Part shown: piece by piece, positions 61,301 to 64,000 of the stretch
Layout of the letters: each line of letters opens with the position of its first letter
Numbering within the stretch: the first letter of the stretch is position 1
Assembly (NCBI GenBank): GCA_030390025.1
Contig: JASTWF010000033.1
Location: forward strand, 4,032,001-4,096,000
Reading direction: 5' to 3'
Source of the DNA: Squalus acanthias
Lineage: Eukaryota
Length of the DNA stretch: 64,000 nt
Notes under the pieces: generated by a model
Database searches by the model: none
What the model saw: only the letters and a program-made list of their open reading frames with translations
What the model was told of the DNA's origin: nothing
Position numbers and translations under genes: made by a program

Positions 61301-64000
61301 AGGGTGCGCTACACATACACAGTGCGAGCCTTGTCCTGTGGTAAACACTCAGGGGGCAGCAGCGACACATACACAGTGCGAGCCTTGTCCTGTGGTAAAC
61401 ACTCAGAGGGCAGCAGAGTGCGCTGCACATACACAGTGCGAGCCTTGTCCTGTGGTAAACACTCAGAGGGCAGCAGGGACACATACACAGTGCGAGCCTT
61501 GTCCTGTGGTAAACACTCAGAGGGCAGCAGAGTGCGCTACACATACACAGTGCGAGCCTTGTCCTGTGGTAAACACTCAGAGGGCAGCAGAGTGCGCTAC
61601 ACATACACAGTGCGAGCCTTGTCCTGTGGTAAACACTCAGAGGGCAGCAGAGTGCGCTACACATACACAGTGCGAGCCTTGTCCTGTGGTAAACACTCAG
61701 AGGGCAGCAGGGTGCGCTACACATACACAGTGCGAGCCTTGTCCTGTGGTAAACACTCAGAGGGCAGCAGGGTGCGCTACACATACACAGTGCGAGCCTT
61801 GTCCTGTGGTAAACACTCAGAGGGCAGCAGAGTGCGCTACACATACACAGTGCGAGCCTTGTCCTGTGGTAAACACTCAGAGGGCAGCAGGGTGCGCTAC
61901 ACATACACAGTGCGAGCCTTGTCCTGTGGTAAACACTCAGAGGGCAGCAGGGACACATACACAGTGCGAGCCTTGTCCTGTGGTAAACACTCAGAGTGCA
62001 GCATGGACACATACACAGTGCGAGCCTTGTCCTCTTGTAAACACTCAGAGGGCAGCAGAGGTCGCTACACATACACAGTGCGAGCCTTGTCCTGTGGTAA
62101 ACACTCAGAGGGCAGCAGAGTGCGCTACACATACACAGTGCGAGCCTTGTCCTGTGGTAAACACTCAGAGGGCAGCAGGGAGACATACACAGTGCGAGCC
62201 TTGTCCTGTGGTAAACACTCAGAGCGCAGCAGGGTGCGCTACACATACACAGTGCGAGCCTGGTCCTGTGGTAAACACTCAGAGGGCAGCAGGGACACAT
62301 ACACAGTGCGAGCCTTGTCCTGTGGTAAACACTCAGAGGGCAGCAGGGACACATACACAGTGCGAGCCTTGTCCTGTGGTAAACACTCAGAGGGCAGCAG
62401 AGTGCGCTACACATACACAGTGCGAGCCTTGTCCTGTGGTAAACACTCAGAGGGCAGCAGAGTGCGCTACACATACACAGTGCGAGCCTTGTCCTGTGGT
62501 AAACACTCAGAGGGCAGCAGAGTGCGCTACACATACACAGTGCGAGCCTTGTCCTGTGGTAAACACTCAGAGGGCAGCAGAGTGCGCTACACATACACAG
62601 TGCGAGCCTTGTCCTGTGGTAAACACTCAGAGGGCAGCAGAGTGCGCTACACATACACAGTGCGAGCCTTGTCCTGTGGTAAACACTCAGAGGGCAGCAG
62701 AGTGCGCTACACATACACAGTGCGAGCCTTGTCCTGTGGTAAACACTCAGAGGGCAGCAGAGTGCGCTACACATACACAGTGCGAGCCTTGTCCTGTGGT
62801 AAACACTCAGAGGGCAGCAGAGTGCGCTACACATACACAGTGCGAGCCTTGTCCTGTGGTAAACACTCAGAGGGCAGCAGGGACACATACACAGTGCGAG
62901 CCTTGTCCTGTGGTAAACACTCAGAGGGCAGCAGAGTGCGCTACACATACACAGTGCGAGCCTTGTCCTGTGGTAAACACTCAGAGGGCAGCAGAGTGCA
63001 CTACACATACACAGTGCGAGCCTTGTCCTGTGGTAAACACTCAGAGGGCAGCAGGGACACATACACAGTGCGAGCCTTGTCCTGTGGTAAACACTCAGAG
63101 GGCAGCAGAGTGCGCTGCACATACACAGTGCGAGCCCTGTCCTGTGGTAAACACTCAGAGGGCAGCAGGGACATATGCACAGTGCGAGCCTTGTCCTGTG
63201 GTAAACACTCAGAGGGCAGCAGAGTGCGCGACACATACACAGTGCGAGCCTTGTCCTGTGTAAACACTCAGAGGGCAGCAGGGACACATACACAGTGCGA
63301 GCCTTGTCTGTGGTAAACACTCAGAGGGCAGCAGGGACACATACACAGTGCGAGCCTTGTCCTGTGGTAAACACTAAGAGGGCAGCAGAGTGCGCTGCAC
63401 ATACACAGTGCGAGCCTTGTCCTGAGGTAAACACTCAGAGGGCAGCAGGGACACATACACAGTGCGAGCCTTGTCCTGTGGTAAACACTCAGAGGGCAGC
63501 AGAGTGCGCTACACACACACAGTGCGAGCCTTGTCCTGTGGTAAACACTCAGAGTGCAGCAGGGACACATACACAGTGCGAGCCTTGTCCTGTGGTAAAC
63601 ACTCAGAGGGCAGCAGAGTGCGCTACACATACACAGTGCGAGCCTTGTCCTGTGGTAAACACTCAGAGGGCAGCAGGGTGCGCTACACATACACAGTGCG
63701 AGCCTTGTCCTGTGGTAAACACTCAGAGGGCAGCAGGGACACATACACAGTGCGAGCCTTGTCCTGTGGAAAACACTCAGAGAGCAGCAGAGTGCGCTAC
63801 ACATACACAGTGCGAGCCTTGTCCTGTGGTAAACACTCAGAGGGCAGCAGGGACACATACAGAGTGCGAGCCTTGTCCTGTGGTAAACACTCAGAGGGCA
63901 GCAGGGACACATACACAGTGCGAGCCTTGTCCTGTGGTAAACACTCAGAGGGCAGCAGGGACACATACACAGTGCGAGCCTTGTCCTGTGGTAAACACTC
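43338..64000. repeat. 60/54-bp satellite, >20 kb, running off the window end
   Basis: The 60-mer cagagggcagcagagtgcgctacacatacacagtgcgagccttgtcctgtggtaaacact is interspersed with a 54-mer in which agtgcgct is replaced by gg. Confidence 0.98.

Noticed and set aside
43169..63966. Very long Cys-rich ORFs (up to 1431 aa) as real genes
   Set aside because: They are translations of a 60/54-bp satellite, open in several frames on both strands, with sporadic frameshifts and no unique sequence.
32250..64000. CRISPR-like arrays
   Set aside because: The units are head-to-tail with no unique spacers, there are no cas genes, and the context is eukaryotic.

Overview
Repeat-dominated vertebrate DNA. The repeat repertoire (CR1 LINEs with esterase ORF1, a Deu-type SINE, Penelope-like ends, a 67-bp minisatellite) suggests a cartilaginous fish; this is inference. 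I can identify no intact host gene. Positions 1-20.3 kb hold a 5S rRNA pseudogene, an Ingi/Vingi-like LINE, nested CR1 fragments, SINEs, three copies of an unidentified duplicated non-TE unit, and a young Penelope-like insertion that forms a 311-bp-arm palindrome with a hammerhead ribozyme. Positions 20315-29564 hold a minus-strand endogenous retrovirus-like provirus with two LTRs, a PPT, no gag, and pol ordered PR-RT-tether-RNase H-IN. Its ~785-codon env looks like a paramyxo/pneumovirus F-type fusogen, as in lokiretroviruses, and carries an apparent N-terminal Ig-like domain plus a Pro/Thr stalk. This env is the most novel element here. Positions 29.6-38.5 kb hold CR1 pieces nested in a 67-bp minisatellite. 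Positions 38.5-64 kb hold a 58-bp satellite abutting, in inverted orientation, a related 60/54-bp satellite; the latter's huge ORFs are artefacts of periodicity. TE fragment boundaries were read by eye and are approximate.
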